Shown one piece after another: positions 11,190 to 23,580 of a stretch of DNA of 64,000 nt (positions are counted from its first letter, which is position 1; each line of letters begins with the position of its first letter). Source of the stretch: Paramoeba atlantica (Eukaryota > Protista > Discosea); contig CDRNVI010000069.1 of assembly GCA_977017575.1 (NCBI GenBank), positions 186,001 through 250,000 of the forward strand. Reading direction: 5' to 3'. The position numbers and the translations under genes were made by a program. Below the pieces are notes generated by a model. It worked only from the letters and a program-made list of their open reading frames with translations, made no database searches and was not told the DNA's origin.

Positions 11190-12026
11190 CTAAATCTCAT
11201 CAATATTCAGCTCCCCTATATTCGGAAGCGGCGGCATACTGCGTTGGGCGGGAATCACCTCCCCTGGGCGCGTCGCACTCCCACGCCCACCCACCTTCCC
11301 CGCCCCACTCGCTTCAGTTTCCTCCCCTGTCTTCCTCTCCCGCCCACGTTCCTTCGCGAGCCTCGTCTTGAACGTGTCCTGTCGTTTCCTCATCGTCTTC
11401 CCCGAGTGCCGGTCATACTTTGTGTACACCGGGACATCAGGCTCCAGACTCTCCTCCGAGTGTCCTGAATCACTCCCCTCCTCCTCCTCCCCCTCCTCCC
11501 CCCTCCCCGATCCCCCCTCCCCTTCGGACTCCATACCCTCCGAATCGGATGAGATCTCCCACCCCTCATTGGGCACCGGCGTCCCCTCCCCCCCCGCCCC
11601 CGCCCCCCTGGTGAACCGGACATTCCCCGCGCTCTCCTCCGCCTCCTCGACCATCCCCCCGCGCCCCACCACGGACCACCGGGAGGTGTCCGGGATGTGC
11701 CCCAGGCGCTGCAGCTCGGCGGCCTCCTCGGAGGTGTAGCGCAGCAGGACGTCGACGACGGGGGAGCCGGTCTGGAACGCGCGGGCCCCGCACAGCACGA
11801 CGTTGCCGAGGTTGATCCACATCCGGCGCACGATCTTGCCCCGGATCACCCCGAGGAGGTCGAGCCCGGAGAAGAGGTGGACGCGGACCCGGTTGCACCC
11901 CAGCATGGCGGTGCAGATGCCGTACTCCTGGCCCTCCTCGCGCAGGATGAGCTCCTTTTTGACGTTTTGGTTTTTGCTGCTGCCTTTTTTGCGGTTCTTG
12001 CCGCCCATCCCGGTGTTTTTCGGCAT
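11190..12026 (-). CDS. EIF1A: Translation initiation factor eIF1A, divergent, with long acidic/basic C-terminal extension
   Basis: MPKNTGMGGKNRKKG..KELILREEGQEYG..MLG..IRGK..MWIN..LLRYTSEEA, ending LNIDEI. 278 aa from the ATG at 12026. Confidence 0.9.
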   Translation of the reverse strand: MPKNTGMGGKNRKKGSSKNQNVKKELILREEGQEYGICTAMLGCNRVRVHLFSGLDLLGVIRGKIVRRMWINLGNVVLCGARAFQTGSPVVDVLLRYTSEEAAELQRLGHIPDTSRWSVVGRGGMVEEAEESAGNVRFTRGAGAGGEGTPVPNEGWEISSDSEGMESEGEGGSGRGEEGEEEEGSDSGHSEESLEPDVPVYTKYDRHSGKTMRKRQDTFKTRLAKERGRERKTGEETEASGAGKVGGRGSATRPGEVIPAQRSMPPLPNIGELNIDEI

Positions 12027-12084
12027 GGGGTGGGGGAGAGGGAGGTGAAAAGGAAAAGAAAAGAAAGAGAAAAGGAGAATGAGA

Positions 12085-12180
12085 TAAATAAAAGGAATGA
12101 GGTAAATAAAAGGAGAATAAAATAAAAGGAGAATAAGATAAATAAAAGGAGAATAAAATAAATAAAAGGAGAATAAAAGC
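12085..12180. repeat. Imperfect ~20-nt tandem repeat upstream of eIF1A
   Basis: Units of aataaaaggagaataa, about five copies; pyrimidine-rich on the minus strand. Confidence 0.7.
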
Positions 12181-12526
12181 CACGTTGATGAGAGCTCAGG
12201 CCCGTGTGATGGTGGCCAGGATGTCCGACGAGGACTCCAATTCACCTCTAGTCCTGAACTAGAGGCCTGGTGTACTATGGAGTGGTTTTTAGAGGGGTTT
12301 TTAAAAAAAGGAGAAAAGGGAGAGGCGTGGAGAAGAGGGTGGGGTAGAGAAGAGACTTCGGGTAGGGGAAATAGAGTAGAGTGAACAAAAAAAGGCCTGT
12401 TGGTGTTCATAAACCCCCGTGCAATTTAGGGTATACTATTTTGGTATACAGACTCATTAGTGTACAAATTGGTGCACACCCGAATTTGATCACCTTGAGA
12501 TTAGAGAATTTACTGGACATTTGGTG

Positions 12527-14250
12527 TTACATCCGAATTCGTACGGATATTTTGTCTTCGCTCAATGTAAAGTGTTCGGGATGAGATTGTAGGAAGTGAC
12601 AGACCCCACCTTTCATTCTGCGAAGGACCGTGCGTGCATCACTCGGTAGTTGCACACCGATCTCAGAGACATTCATTGGAAGGAGGGGTTGACCTAAGAA
12701 CAGTTTTCGAAGCTCTTGAAGCAGGACATCGTCATTGAAATACGGATTTTCTACCGTAGCGCTCGGGCTCGCATTGTCGTCCTCGGTGGCTCGACGTACA
12801 AGATACTCTTTTTCAAAAGTACTTTTTTCTTGCACATAACGCATGTTTTCCGTGACAACGACACGGTCGGGAAATTTCTGGAACCACTTTGCAAAAGTAC
12901 ACATACTGCATTAAGACCCTTCGTAACGTGGTGATACGCGGCTCTCTGTTCATCACTAATATTTTCCAATACGGCTTCCAGTAGACCTTTTAAAGGGACG
13001 CACATACCCTGTTCTGGTAGTTTCAGAAAAACCTGCTCCATTAAATTTTGATTCCAACAATCGAATTCCTCGACGCTCATTGACACTTCCTTATCTCGTG
13101 CTTCCTCCAAATCTCTAAACTCTGTAAAATCAGGTGTAGCACATGCTTGGTTAGCATATTCGCGGGCGATTTTATTTTCATTACTGTTAAACCTCTGTTG
13201 AAACTCCGTCTGGATAAGCGTCGTATAGGGTGCGAAGCTGCAAGGGGGACATATCTCGGGATGTTTTTCACGTATGCGACTTCGTATTCTGGGATGTTTC
13301 GAGTCTTCCATATTCATTTCAAACGCCTTAGGATATAGGAATGCAATGGTAGGTAAACGAAACGGTGCGGTATGTAGCCACGTCTTGCATGACGGAAATA
13401 AAAAAGTTTTACACGCGAAGGAAACAGGAACAAAGTGTGCTGGTAACCCACAAGCCAATAAAACAATAAATTCTCGAGACAACCCCAAGTGCTCGCCATC
13501 CGCAGGAGGAAGCTCTGTCGAGGAACAGCTTGGAATTCTTTTAATGTATATGACTTGGTGAACCGGCATGAAGCCTATACGACAATCCTTGCAAAGAAAA
13601 ACATATAATTTTCTTACAGGGGTTTTCTCCCATAATGCTTTCATCTCCGGAGCTAACTTCTTGACCAATGTCTCAAGCTGCACAAAATAGTTCGGAGCAA
13701 GCAGAAGCAAAGCAGATGCCAGACGTTTAGTTAACATCACACATTCCGTATCCCCAATATTAAACACATCCCTGGCGATAGCTTCAAAGTCTTTTCGCAG
13801 TAAGAAGGCCACCTTGGTGGGATTCCACTGCACCGTGTAATGCTCTGCAAGTGTATCATCACTTTGTATGGTTGTCAAGACTTCGCATGGAGGTCGGTTG
13901 TAGTAGAGATATGAAAAGCAATCAAGCCGCGCCCATCCCTGTTTTGGGACATATAGCTCAAGAAAACGCTTCAAATCACCTGGTGAGGGTAGAAAATTTC
14001 CGTTAGCGTCTACTCGACGTCGCACCTTTGTGCCGTCATGGCTCAGTTGAAACCCAGCGGGATATTCTTTCAAAAAATTTTGTATTGACCCAAACGAGAC
14101 GTCCAGCACGCCTTGCACTCTCTTAGGCAACTTCATCTGTATGGTAGAGACGGTAGATACTGAGTGGTAGGGAACGTTTTTAGCAATGCTATAGGCAATC
14201 TCATGAGGCAAGGTAATAGGAGAATGAAACCGTCGCTGTGAACGCATCAT
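12527..14250 (-). pseudogene. Repeated winged-helix-like family paralogue 1, with a -1 frameshift at ~12905-12910
   Basis: ORF 12751-14259 carries the family motif LACGLP..FPSCKTW..YPKAF. The family C-terminus (EKEYLVRRAT..NPYF..LPSDARTVLRRMKGGVCHFLQSHPEHF) is in ORF 12527-12904, whose frame has a TAA at 12911-12913. Confidence 0.8.
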
Positions 14251-14640
14251 TCTGTTCAACAGGACTCACATGTGAAAAGGGGTGCAACACTTATTCGAAT
14301 ATTTTAGAGAACTACAAGATTCCCTTTTCGAAGTAGAGTCCATAAACAACGCAAGTACATGTATGCCCGATGTTTAGCTATTTCTGTGAGGAAACGTCAC
14401 GGTCCCAATTCGAGCACATGTCAAGGAAGAAGGAACGAAGAAAACTTTTTTAAGATTTCATAGGGTGGACCACTACACTAGAAGTACATACACTAGAAGG
14501 GGAGGACTGGGAGGGTAAACACACTACATTCCATAAGGTATGTGTTATGATCAGCATAGCTACAGTATGACATAGCTATGAACGTCATAGTTATGTTTTT
14601 CTAGAATCGTATTGTTGAAAAAGCTTTCCTGTTACCCAAA

Positions 14641-16434
14641 CTACTGTACTTGATGGGATTCTTTTTTTAGATAAACTAGATGTGATTCACTATCATAAAT
14701 AAAGTGATCTGATTGCGACTGAATAAATTTCAAAACACCCCCGGCAGATCTCCGAAGTGCTGTCTGCGTTGCACGAGGCAAAGTGTTATGTATGTTGTAT
14801 ATGGAAATCGGTATTTTAGGACTAACAAGGAATAATTTACGAATCTCATTGAGTGAAGCATCTTCAGTGTAGTAAATATTCTGCTTCTGAGACGTGTCAT
14901 GTACCGCATCATCATCAGTGGCACGCCGCACAAGATAATCTTTCTCGTACCTTCGGTACTTGTCACAATATTGTATGCGTTCCTCCATAAAGAATTTACG
15001 AGGATTCTTTCGCAAAAGGCAAAAGAAGGATTCTCCATGTATAACTCCGGCTCGAAAGCGAAAATTCGGAGATCTTTCGACAGCTGAATTGAGGAACATG
15101 TGATACAAATCCCACGATGCAATGCTCTCCCCACTGTCCGGAAGTAACTCCCATATTATGTTGATCGCTTCTGCGCGATCAGCTGTATCTGCTTTTTGTG
15201 TGTCAGGCTTCCATTTCGTTATATCTTTAAATACTTTCAAACACGTGTCGGAGCAAACGGTTTCAGCAAAAGATTTTGCCTGACAGTTTTCCGGAAGGTT
15301 CAGTCGCCGAAAAAATTCCTCTTCGACACCTTCCCCATAGGGTGATTCATCACTGGGAGGACAAATTTCAGGGTGAGTTGTTCTCAAAAGACTTCGAACA
15401 AGATATGACGTTCCGAACAAACCAGTGCAGCATTTTTTGTCGAAGGCGCGTGGGAACAAAGAAACAATAGTAGAGAGACGAAATTCGCAGGATTTCAGCC
15501 ACGCTTTTACAGACGGAAATATATATTTATCTGCAACCTGTACAGCCACGAAGTTGTCTGGAAGGCTGCAGGCCAAAGACAACACCATTTTTAAAGGAAC
15601 GAAATATTCACTGTATTGCTCTGTGCAGCATGGAATATCCCTAACCTCGGGACGACGACGTACAAAGACTTCGCCGGTAGGTAGAAAAGTGGATATTTGA
15701 AATTTATCAAGGAAAGGATAGAAAAACCTGGGAGGATCTGCTTTAATTGTTCGCTGTACTTCAGCAGGGAGCCTCTTCTTCACCGCATAAAGGCTAACGA
15801 AATAATCTGGAATAAGTGACTCCATGATGTTGGAAGCAAATTTAGACATTAAAACCAAATTACTCGAGCCTATGGGATAAACTCCCTGGGCACGTTCCGT
15901 AAAACTACGTCGTGCTAAGAATGATGTTTTTAACACATCCCATTCGACCACGTATGCCTCGGATAAGGCATCGCTGCTTTGTATTCCAGATACCACGTAG
16001 CTGGGTTTTTGGTCATGGTATATTGAACAAAACTTGTCAAGACGGATCCATCCGTCTTCTGGAACGTACTGCTCCAAAAATTTCTCCAGGTCACCTGGTT
16101 GAGGAGTGCGACTGCCGTCTCCATCTAAACAAAGCCGAATATGACACTCATCTCGACTAAGTTGAAAAGCGGCGGGGTGTTTTTTCACGTAAGAAGCTAA
16201 ACTATTACCATATTCTTCGCTAAGTAGAGTTTTGATTTCGTTCTTCATTTTTGCATGTAGTCCCTGCACTGAGTCCTTTTTTGACCGGCGTAGAAAATAC
16301 ACTAAGACACATGCAATTTCACAAGACATTAAACGCTCCGGGGCTAATCTCACTAAAGACCTCCACATTGAAAGGTAGAGTAAGTATGAATTGTCGCATG
16401 CGGCTCTACTTTGTAAAATTAGATACACTGTCAT
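14641..16434 (-). CDS. Repeated winged-helix-like family paralogue 2
   Basis: Shared motifs LACSLP..FPSVKAW..FPRAF..HPEICP and TLPRATQTALRRSAGGVLKFIQSQSDHF. Likely start MWRSLVRL at 16368. Confidence 0.85.
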   Translation of the reverse strand: MTVYLILQSRAACDNSYLLYLSMWRSLVRLAPERLMSCEIACVLVYFLRRSKKDSVQGLHAKMKNEIKTLLSEEYGNSLASYVKKHPAAFQLSRDECHIRLCLDGDGSRTPQPGDLEKFLEQYVPEDGWIRLDKFCSIYHDQKPSYVVSGIQSSDALSEAYVVEWDVLKTSFLARRSFTERAQGVYPIGSSNLVLMSKFASNIMESLIPDYFVSLYAVKKRLPAEVQRTIKADPPRFFYPFLDKFQISTFLPTGEVFVRRRPEVRDIPCCTEQYSEYFVPLKMVLSLACSLPDNFVAVQVADKYIFPSVKAWLKSCEFRLSTIVSLFPRAFDKKCCTGLFGTSYLVRSLLRTTHPEICPPSDESPYGEGVEEEFFRRLNLPENCQAKSFAETVCSDTCLKVFKDITKWKPDTQKADTADRAEAINIIWELLPDSGESIASWDLYHMFLNSAVERSPNFRFRAGVIHGESFFCLLRKNPRKFFMEERIQYCDKYRRYEKDYLVRRATDDDAVHDTSQKQNIYYTEDASLNEIRKLFLVSPKIPISIYNIHNTLPRATQTALRRSAGGVLKFIQSQSDHFIYDSESHLVYLKKESHQVQ

Positions 16435-16822
16435 ACTGCTCTCACTTCAATAAATCTTTTCAACTCATGAAAAAGTATCACATTTTTTTGCTATCACTTT
16501 ATTACTGTATATCAGATGCTATTGCTCCTTATAAACCTGATTGTACTACGCTTCCCACGATGAAGAAGCCAGTTGCAAGTGGTGGCCCTTCCAATGCAAA
16601 GTAGCGTTCTCAAGTTTTACATACAGACATCGAAAATCCCCCAGGTGTTGGAGGAACCCTTACACTCATTAGAAAGAATTTAGAATCACTGCGTAAATTT
16701 GTTAAACAAAGATGCACAATAGAGGTTGTTCAACGCAATATTGAAACTATTTCTTCGAAAACAAAGTCCCTTGCACCTTCTTCTATTTTGTGTGTGTACT
16801 CTCAACAAAGAGTAATCAAGCG

Positions 16823-18550
16823 TTACGATTCCTTTAGATAAATTAGTGCCGAATCGCTTCCATGTGGTTCCATTCGAAACACTTTCGGATGGTTCGCGAT
16901 GAACTTACGCCATCCGCCCATAAAGCGAAGGGCTCTCCGCGCCTGACTCGGTAACATAAATAGAATGCCTGTAGGAGATTTTCCATTGCGGTCATTTTTG
17001 AGAAATGTTTCTCGAATGGCCTGAATGAGGGCCTCTGACGTGAGGTATGGGTTCTGTTGCCCTTGGCGATGCGATGTCTCTGCAGGACTCTGCTGCGCCG
17101 CCTTACTAACTATCCAGTCGTATGCACGACCCATTTGCACCTCCTCTACATGGAGTCGCTCTGGAAAACGTTTAACAAACTTCAGTAGTGAATTTCTATG
17201 TTTCAGTGTGATAGTGTTCTTGATCTTACGATATCGATCAGCGGGAACGAAGTCACGAAGACGAATCATTAAATCATACAATCGTATAGGATCATGGGAC
17301 TCATTAAGAACAAGATCTAGAGCATCCAATATTTCACTTGGTTCTAGTACGGGAGCATCTTTGCTAATCACAACGTCGTCTTTCCTTACCAAACGAAATA
17401 TTTTCCTTTGAAATAACTTGTCAGAAGGTTCGGAAACAAGTTCATTAAGCTCTTTAATTGTCTCCGGGCTCTGTTTCATCAGTTTTGCCTCAAACTCAGC
17501 TTCCGCTTCTAAAGTAAATGCCTGTTCGGTAGATGGCGCTAAATGTGGATACTTCATTCGCAGCGCTGAGCTGACTTTACCATACGGTTCTATATTAATC
17601 GCCTTGGGATACATTTGGGCGAGATCGGAAAGAGAAAATGCTGCACATTTTGCACCCCATTTCATTACGGAAGGAAATACAGCGCCCTGGGCGTAGAGAA
17701 CCGAGACCGGCGTGGTAGGGAGTGAGAACGCGAGCTTTAGCATGAGCTTTGGGTGTAAGTCGTAGGCCTCATAGATGGGCCACTTGTTTTCTTCTTCTTC
17801 AACCGAGCGCGTGGCGCCCCACTTCCGTACGTACGGGGGATCATTACGAAGGCAAGCCATTTCTAGCACTTCATCACAAAACCCTAGAGCCTGAGATACA
17901 TTTACGGAATTGTGCCACCTGTGCTCATCTAAATTGGCATCCATTTTCCCTTGTCGAAGTAGCATAGGAAACGGAACCCAAAAATTGGGCGCAAAGCTCT
18001 TGATGATTTTAAGAAGTGTCGGTGCCTTAATGCAAGTTGAGTTATCACCCAGCGAAACTCTCCCCCCAGTCGATTCCCAAAACTTCTTGCGTATAATGTA
18101 TTCCTTCTCGCTATTGGAGCATGCTTTTTGAAGATCAAAAATTTCAGCACAAGATGGGTCGTTTGATAGGTGTGAAATCACGTAAGACTTTCGCAATTTA
18201 GGGTGTAGTAGTCTACAAAAATCTTCAATTAGTAGGAATCCGAATTTCGGCACATATCTTTTCAATGCTTCACTTAACTGGGAGGACGAAGGAATGTGTT
18301 CGCGCACCTTCAAACGAACTATGGTTTCATCCCGATTCAAAAGAAACAATTCGGGGTAACGTTTAACAAATTTTATCATATCATACTGCTCAGCCGCAGC
18401 AACTTTAACAGGAACAGCAGCTTTACTTGTGATATTCGCTATAAATCGCTGGTTTTTCTCTGCGACTTTTAGCGTTTTTTGGAGCCACACTAATAAGTCA
18501 GTCGGATGGACAAGAGTGTCCATCCGAAAGCGCGACGAAATACGGAACAT
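16823..18550 (-). CDS. Repeated winged-helix-like family paralogue 3
   Basis: Presequence-like MFRISSRFR; LAFSLP..FPSVMKW..YPKAI; NPYL..LPSQARRALRFMGGWRKFIANHPKVF. Confidence 0.85.
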   Translation of the reverse strand: MFRISSRFRMDTLVHPTDLLVWLQKTLKVAEKNQRFIANITSKAAVPVKVAAAEQYDMIKFVKRYPELFLLNRDETIVRLKVREHIPSSSQLSEALKRYVPKFGFLLIEDFCRLLHPKLRKSYVISHLSNDPSCAEIFDLQKACSNSEKEYIIRKKFWESTGGRVSLGDNSTCIKAPTLLKIIKSFAPNFWVPFPMLLRQGKMDANLDEHRWHNSVNVSQALGFCDEVLEMACLRNDPPYVRKWGATRSVEEEENKWPIYEAYDLHPKLMLKLAFSLPTTPVSVLYAQGAVFPSVMKWGAKCAAFSLSDLAQMYPKAINIEPYGKVSSALRMKYPHLAPSTEQAFTLEAEAEFEAKLMKQSPETIKELNELVSEPSDKLFQRKIFRLVRKDDVVISKDAPVLEPSEILDALDLVLNESHDPIRLYDLMIRLRDFVPADRYRKIKNTITLKHRNSLLKFVKRFPERLHVEEVQMGRAYDWIVSKAAQQSPAETSHRQGQQNPYLTSEALIQAIRETFLKNDRNGKSPTGILFMLPSQARRALRFMGGWRKFIANHPKVFRMEPHGSDSALIYLKES

Positions 18551-19439
18551 GTTAACTAGACATCGCGCAAATACCTATAATAAACTTCCGAGTAGTAAGG
18601 TGGAAAAACCTTTTCACATGACTATTAACAATTTAGCATGATAACTATTAATAATTTTACCGCTATGGTTGCAGGTACTCGCAAAAGGGGTTTGTTTCGA
18701 AAAGAGGACAAATAAGTAGGGGGGCGGAGCTATGACAGTTAAGTGGGGGGAGTCACAGTTCGTGCATACTTAAAAAATACTGTTTACGAATCTTTATAGG
18801 TCAGCTTTAGTACCATCAGTAAAATAGTGTGTACTTTGTTGCTTGTCAAAATAGACGTATCATATGAAAATGTCCCTAAGGTATGCGGGCGCGAACGTGA
18901 CCACCGCAACAGCACCGGGAACGCAAGCGGCCACGCGCCTATTGTAGAAGAAGAAAATGTTGCATCAATTTTTGATTTATCTTCTGCGACATAGCAACAT
19001 GAAGCTGACGATGCCCTGTGGAGTCCGCGACGTACAATTACGCGTACAACCAAAAACCTGAAGAAATGGCATTGCCGGTAAAAAGGGAATATTTTTGTAC
19101 CAACTCTTCCGATTGACAGAAAACAATTTTTGTAATATTCGAATAAATTCCAATAATTTATAAGAATCTTTCATTACAAAGGAACTGTTATGCAAAGAAA
19201 GTTAGCACCACCTTTAAAATCATTTTTCGTGCAACAACATGAGCCTTGACTGCGAAGGGTATGAAACATTTCAGTGAATAAAATCCTACCATTGGCGTAC
19301 AGGATGACCATTCCTTCCTAGGATGTGTAAAAACTCTTCAGCGCCGTGCGAAGGTGAAAGGAAAATAAATATCAAAATATTTAAGACTGTGCAAGAAAAT
19401 TTAAAGAAATCTTCTTCGGTTTGCCTAAAAAAGAACCTA

Positions 19440-20019
19440 TAGTCCGCGTCATATTGATCCCCCCCTCAGGAAATTTTAGTTTTTTTATCCGATTTTGCTC
19501 ATCTTTGCAGTATTCGAGAGATCTCGTTCCGGTAGGAAAGTTTTTTGCCGCAATAAAACGTAAGGAGGGGGGTGCCTCCAGGAGAGAATCCCAAAGTTAG
19601 GAAAAAACAGAAAAAGTTAGGAAAGAATTTCAATGATCACATGACTCTGATACATTCAATTCAATCATAATCATGTGTGATCGCCGCTTAGCTACAAAGC
19701 GTTTTTTTGAGGAATTCGTATTTTTCATTTAACTAAAGGTATTTTTAAGGGATTCAGACGAGGATACGTGCGGTTTCGGCCTCTTCGGGGTGCTGGAAGA
19801 AGAAAAAGTCATGAAAAAATAAGAAAGTTTTACATCTATTCAAGATTTTAGTAAAAAAACGTGTAATTTTCCACTATTTCGAAGCGTCTGGCTAAAAGGT
19901 AAAAACAGTGGCGAAGTACTTTTCTATGGGAACGAGATCTCTCGAATGCTGCATAGATGAGCAAAATCGGATAAAAAAGCTAAAATTTCCTGAGGGGGGG
20001 ATCAATATGACGCAGACTG
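19440..20019. mobile_element. MITE, ~90-bp TIRs (CAGTCTGCGTCATATTGATCCCCCCCTCAGG..), TA TSD
   Basis: 19440-19530 is the near-perfect reverse complement of 19930-20019. TA at 19438-39 and 20020-21. Confidence 0.9.
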
Positions 20020-20493
20020 TATAAAGGGGGGAGGGGTCGAGGCTATTATAAACAGGGGGGGTACAGTACTTGTATGTACTTACGGGACATACGGGTATGT
20101 TCCGGTGACGGGAACGTTTTTAGTAATTACAGCGCAGGCATGTCTCCACATCCACAATGGTAGATGCTGCGTCTTCTGGTGCTTGACACACGAGACAACG
20201 CCTAGGAGCCAACACCGAAAAAACGCTTTCTTTTCACATTCCGTAGAGTAAAGCTGCGGAAGAGAATCTTGCCCAGACATAGCTCTACAGGAGGAAATCA
20301 TGATACGGAGTTTGATTGGAAAATTATTTTCTATTCTTTTGTATTCAGAAATCTCAAAAGAGTACTAATTTCAAAAATATAGATTAAAGAAAGATTTTTT
20401 TTGAAAATAATTTACCCAGTGCAACCTGTGTTACCCAGTGTTACCCATAGAAACTTCTAAAAAGGCGGACTTGCAGAAGGTCCATTGATAATA

Positions 20494-21226
20494 CAGGGGT
20501 GTAAATTTGGATGTGGGGGGGTCTAAAATTTGTAAAACTTGGCCAATTTTGAAAAATAATAGCGCATTCGAGAGCTCTCGAATTGGGTTCATGAACGTGC
20601 AAGTACAGCATCTGCATTAATTAGATTTTCAAGTGCACATACAAAGATTTTTTTTTTTTGGGAGACAAAATCTTGCATTTTTCACAGTTTTTCTGATTTC
20701 TCCCCTGATTCATGCCCCAAAGACAGGGTCGTGGGCGATAACCCGAACACAAAGACTACGAAAGGGCTTATTCTTCGCCTGCGCACGTAGAAGCAGGCTG
20801 TTGCATGGTTCTTGTTGCCGATTACGAAACAACATAATCTTTTTCTCGCTAAAAATGTATGTTCCATAGTGGGCAACTTCAAAAATGATTGAGCCCCTCG
20901 GAATCGTGCAGATTCGATCGAAGCAGCGTTTCAAGGCCCCTGAAAATGCCAAGAAGAGCTTTCGAAAGCGATGCTGTATTGTGATTGAGATTAACCGACG
21001 ATAATAGCCATTATTAATTTCTTTTTCGATATGTGCTATTGATTTAGAAAGTTGCAAATAGCGTTTGGGGGCTCTTTGTCTAGGGGGCAATACCCCCTTG
21101 TGCCTAGTTCGGCCTTGCTACATTCATGAGCCCTGTTCGAGAGCTCTCGAATGCGCCATTATTTTCCAAAATTGGCCAAGTTTTACAAATTTTAGACCCC
21201 CCCCCACATCCAAATTTACACCCCTG
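20494..21226. mobile_element. MITE, CAGGGGTG family, ~100-bp TIRs, TA TSD
   Basis: TA-CAGGGGTGTAAATTTGGATGTGGGGGGGTCTAAAATT.. and its reverse complement ending CACCCCTG-TA. TIR related to the ends of the Tc1-like element at 32612-34617. Confidence 0.92.
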
Positions 21227-21240
21227 TATATCTTCGGGAA

Positions 21241-21305
21241 ACTCATGCCGTGCGCTTCGCGTTGAAAACTACCACCGCGTTTAACGAAGAGCCTAAAAAA
21301 GAAAT
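21241..21305. repeat. Half copy of the ~115-bp hairpin repeat
   Basis: actcatgccgtgcgcttcgcgttgaaaactaccaccgcgtttaacgaagagcctaaaaaagaaa. Confidence 0.85.
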
Positions 21306-21873
21306 TACCTTTGCAGATTCGTGGAGATCTCGAGGAACATTACTTGGGGAAAATATTTGCTTTTCGTTCGAAAAGCTATATTCTGGAAAAGCTGTATTCT
21401 GAAGAAAATTAACTGCGAAAGTCAAATTTCTGAGAAAAAAGATGCTCACATTTTCTTGAAGAAAACTCTTAAGAACACTCGAAGATCATAAAAAAAAGAT
21501 ATTTTACAAAGTAGTACAACATATCAGATGATGTCGACATGGAATGTGTTTGCCGTCGTATCGAGTGCACAATTCTAATCTTTTTTTGAACGATGCATGC
21601 AATATAGCACCCTTCTGCCGACATTCGAAATCCGACTTTTGTGCATGGGAAATCACTCGTAGGCATGAATGAAGGCCTACTGAACGTATTGGGTAGAGAA
21701 TACGACTCCAACCACACCATTCTTTCGACACGAAAAGGCCCCTTGGGGTCCAAAAAATACTTTTCATCGTTTTCAGTCAAAAATGGGTCATTTTTGGAGG
21801 CATACCACGGCTCGAAGGGGTATCTTGCGAAAACTGCGGAGAAAGCTAGTATAGGTCCTAAACTATCAAAATA

Positions 21874-22231
21874 CTATGAACCCCCCCTTTATACTTCGCC
21901 CATTTTGAGCAGTAACGAAGTATAAAGGGGGGGCCTGGAGGTTTTCCCCGCTGTAAAAAGAAAACCGCGCCGCGAAGCGGCGCGGCTCATCCTGTTTTCC
22001 TGTCTTTCCTTTTATATCACCTTCCATTTCTAGAAGGGAAGACTTAGAACGTTTTTTCTAAAACATACGTTTTTTTAAAACGTTTTTCAAAACGTGTTTT
22101 TTCTAAAACAAATTGAAAAAATACGAAAATTAAAACACAATCGTCCCCCCTTCGGGGGGGGGGGCACACAAAAAACGAAGTATAAAGGGGGGGGGGGCTG
22201 ACCAGCGAAGTAGAAAGGGGGGGGGTCACAG
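21874..22231. mobile_element. MITE (CTGTGACCCCCCCTTT-type TIR), TA TSD, with empty site visible elsewhere in the window
   Basis: The flanks ctatcaaaa-TA-[element]-TA-caata rejoin to the uninterrupted ctatcaaaaTAcaata at ~33351-33366 in the homologous repeat (21590-22320 vs 33100-33460). Confidence 0.85.
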
Positions 22232-23580
22232 TACAATATATGTAGGCAAAACCATTTTGGAGAATATTTTGCCATTGTGTTCGCCAAGTTGAATTTTTTT
22301 TCGAAAAATCCGAAATTGGAGAGATCGCGAGCGGCCCCTGATAAATGGGGGGAAGGTAGTGGTTGTTTTGGGGGAAATGAGAGGCCGAACGCACGGAGGG
22401 GCCGGACGAGCCAATGAACTCATGCCTATTTTTGTGCTACAAAGGTGGTATGCATTATCAATGTGCTATATGCATTATCAATGTATTATATGCTTCAGAT
22501 ACCTGACTTATGTGACTTCCATAATTCTGCATAGCAAGTCCCAAGTCCTGACCACAACCACCCAACCCACCAAAGGATCATCACATTACGTCGTGAATCA
22601 CATTACGTGGATCATCACATTACGTAGGTGAAATATGGTTTTCCACCCATGGATGAAAAACCTACACATTATCAATGTGCTATATGCATTATCAATGTGC
22701 CGCTTAGTATGAATATCAATGTGCCCTTACTGAAATTATTCTGATATATTATTAAAAACCATGACATAAAAAAGAGTTTTTCAAAATCGTTTCACATATT
22801 GTGTTTTGAGAGTTTGGGACCTTTACTAGCATTCTACGCCGTTGTTTTCACAAAATACCCCTTCTTGAAGCCGTGGCACGCCTCCCAAAGTGACCCCCCA
22901 AAATAGGTGTCCAGGCAAAACCTGGCAAAACCTGACAGGTTTCAACCCTCTTAATATGCCATGTTTGTGTATCATTTCGATACAGATTTTGACGTAGGAT
23001 TGGGAGCGCGCGAGGATGTCATAATAGTCGCTTCGCTAAACGCGGTGGTTGTTTTCAACATACTATACAGGGGGGCCACGAAAACTGACTAGCTTCGCAT
23101 TTTAGCCTCGTGAGGCCGTTTGAGCTAATTTTTGTTGCAAACGAGAGATCTCGTTCAGAATATCGTGTCTACGCTATTTAGAACCCGTTTATAAATATTT
23201 ATAAGTCTGATCTTTTACATTTCGAAAATACTGAAATTTAAGACGATTTATTTTGCAAAAAGCACAAAAAATAGTAAAAAAGTTGTTTTTCTCTTCTTTT
23301 TTTTCACTATGGGCAAGCGGCATAGATTAAACCGTCGCCAATTGTCTCCAGAGCAGTCTTCGTATTCCACACGCATTGTTTGCGCACACGAAAGACATCG
23401 TGGTACAAGTATTGAAGACACAATCGCGGTTCGGAGAAGTCAGCTCCGACAGTTGCGCGTCTGATTATGATGAGTAATACCTAAATTCGGAACGTCTGTA
23501 CATATTTCTTTTTCATCAATAGTCTGTACATACTCGTTTATGCTATACTCCTCCTCTCATTGATTTTTATAAATATAAAC

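Noticed and set aside
12027-12410. Hydrophobic N-terminal extension of eIF1A in the 406-aa ORF
   Set aside because: It is the translation of a pyrimidine-rich tandem repeat; the canonical MPKN start is at 12026.
18784-19195. Short ORFs that might form a small gene (also 26284-26547 and 58255-58494)
   Set aside because: No motif or other support; cannot be called from sequence alone.
23309-23465. Possible Tc1 first-HTH remnant MGKRHRLNRRQLSPEQ..
   Set aside because: The resemblance is weak, the ORF is 51 codons, and there is no linked DDE region.
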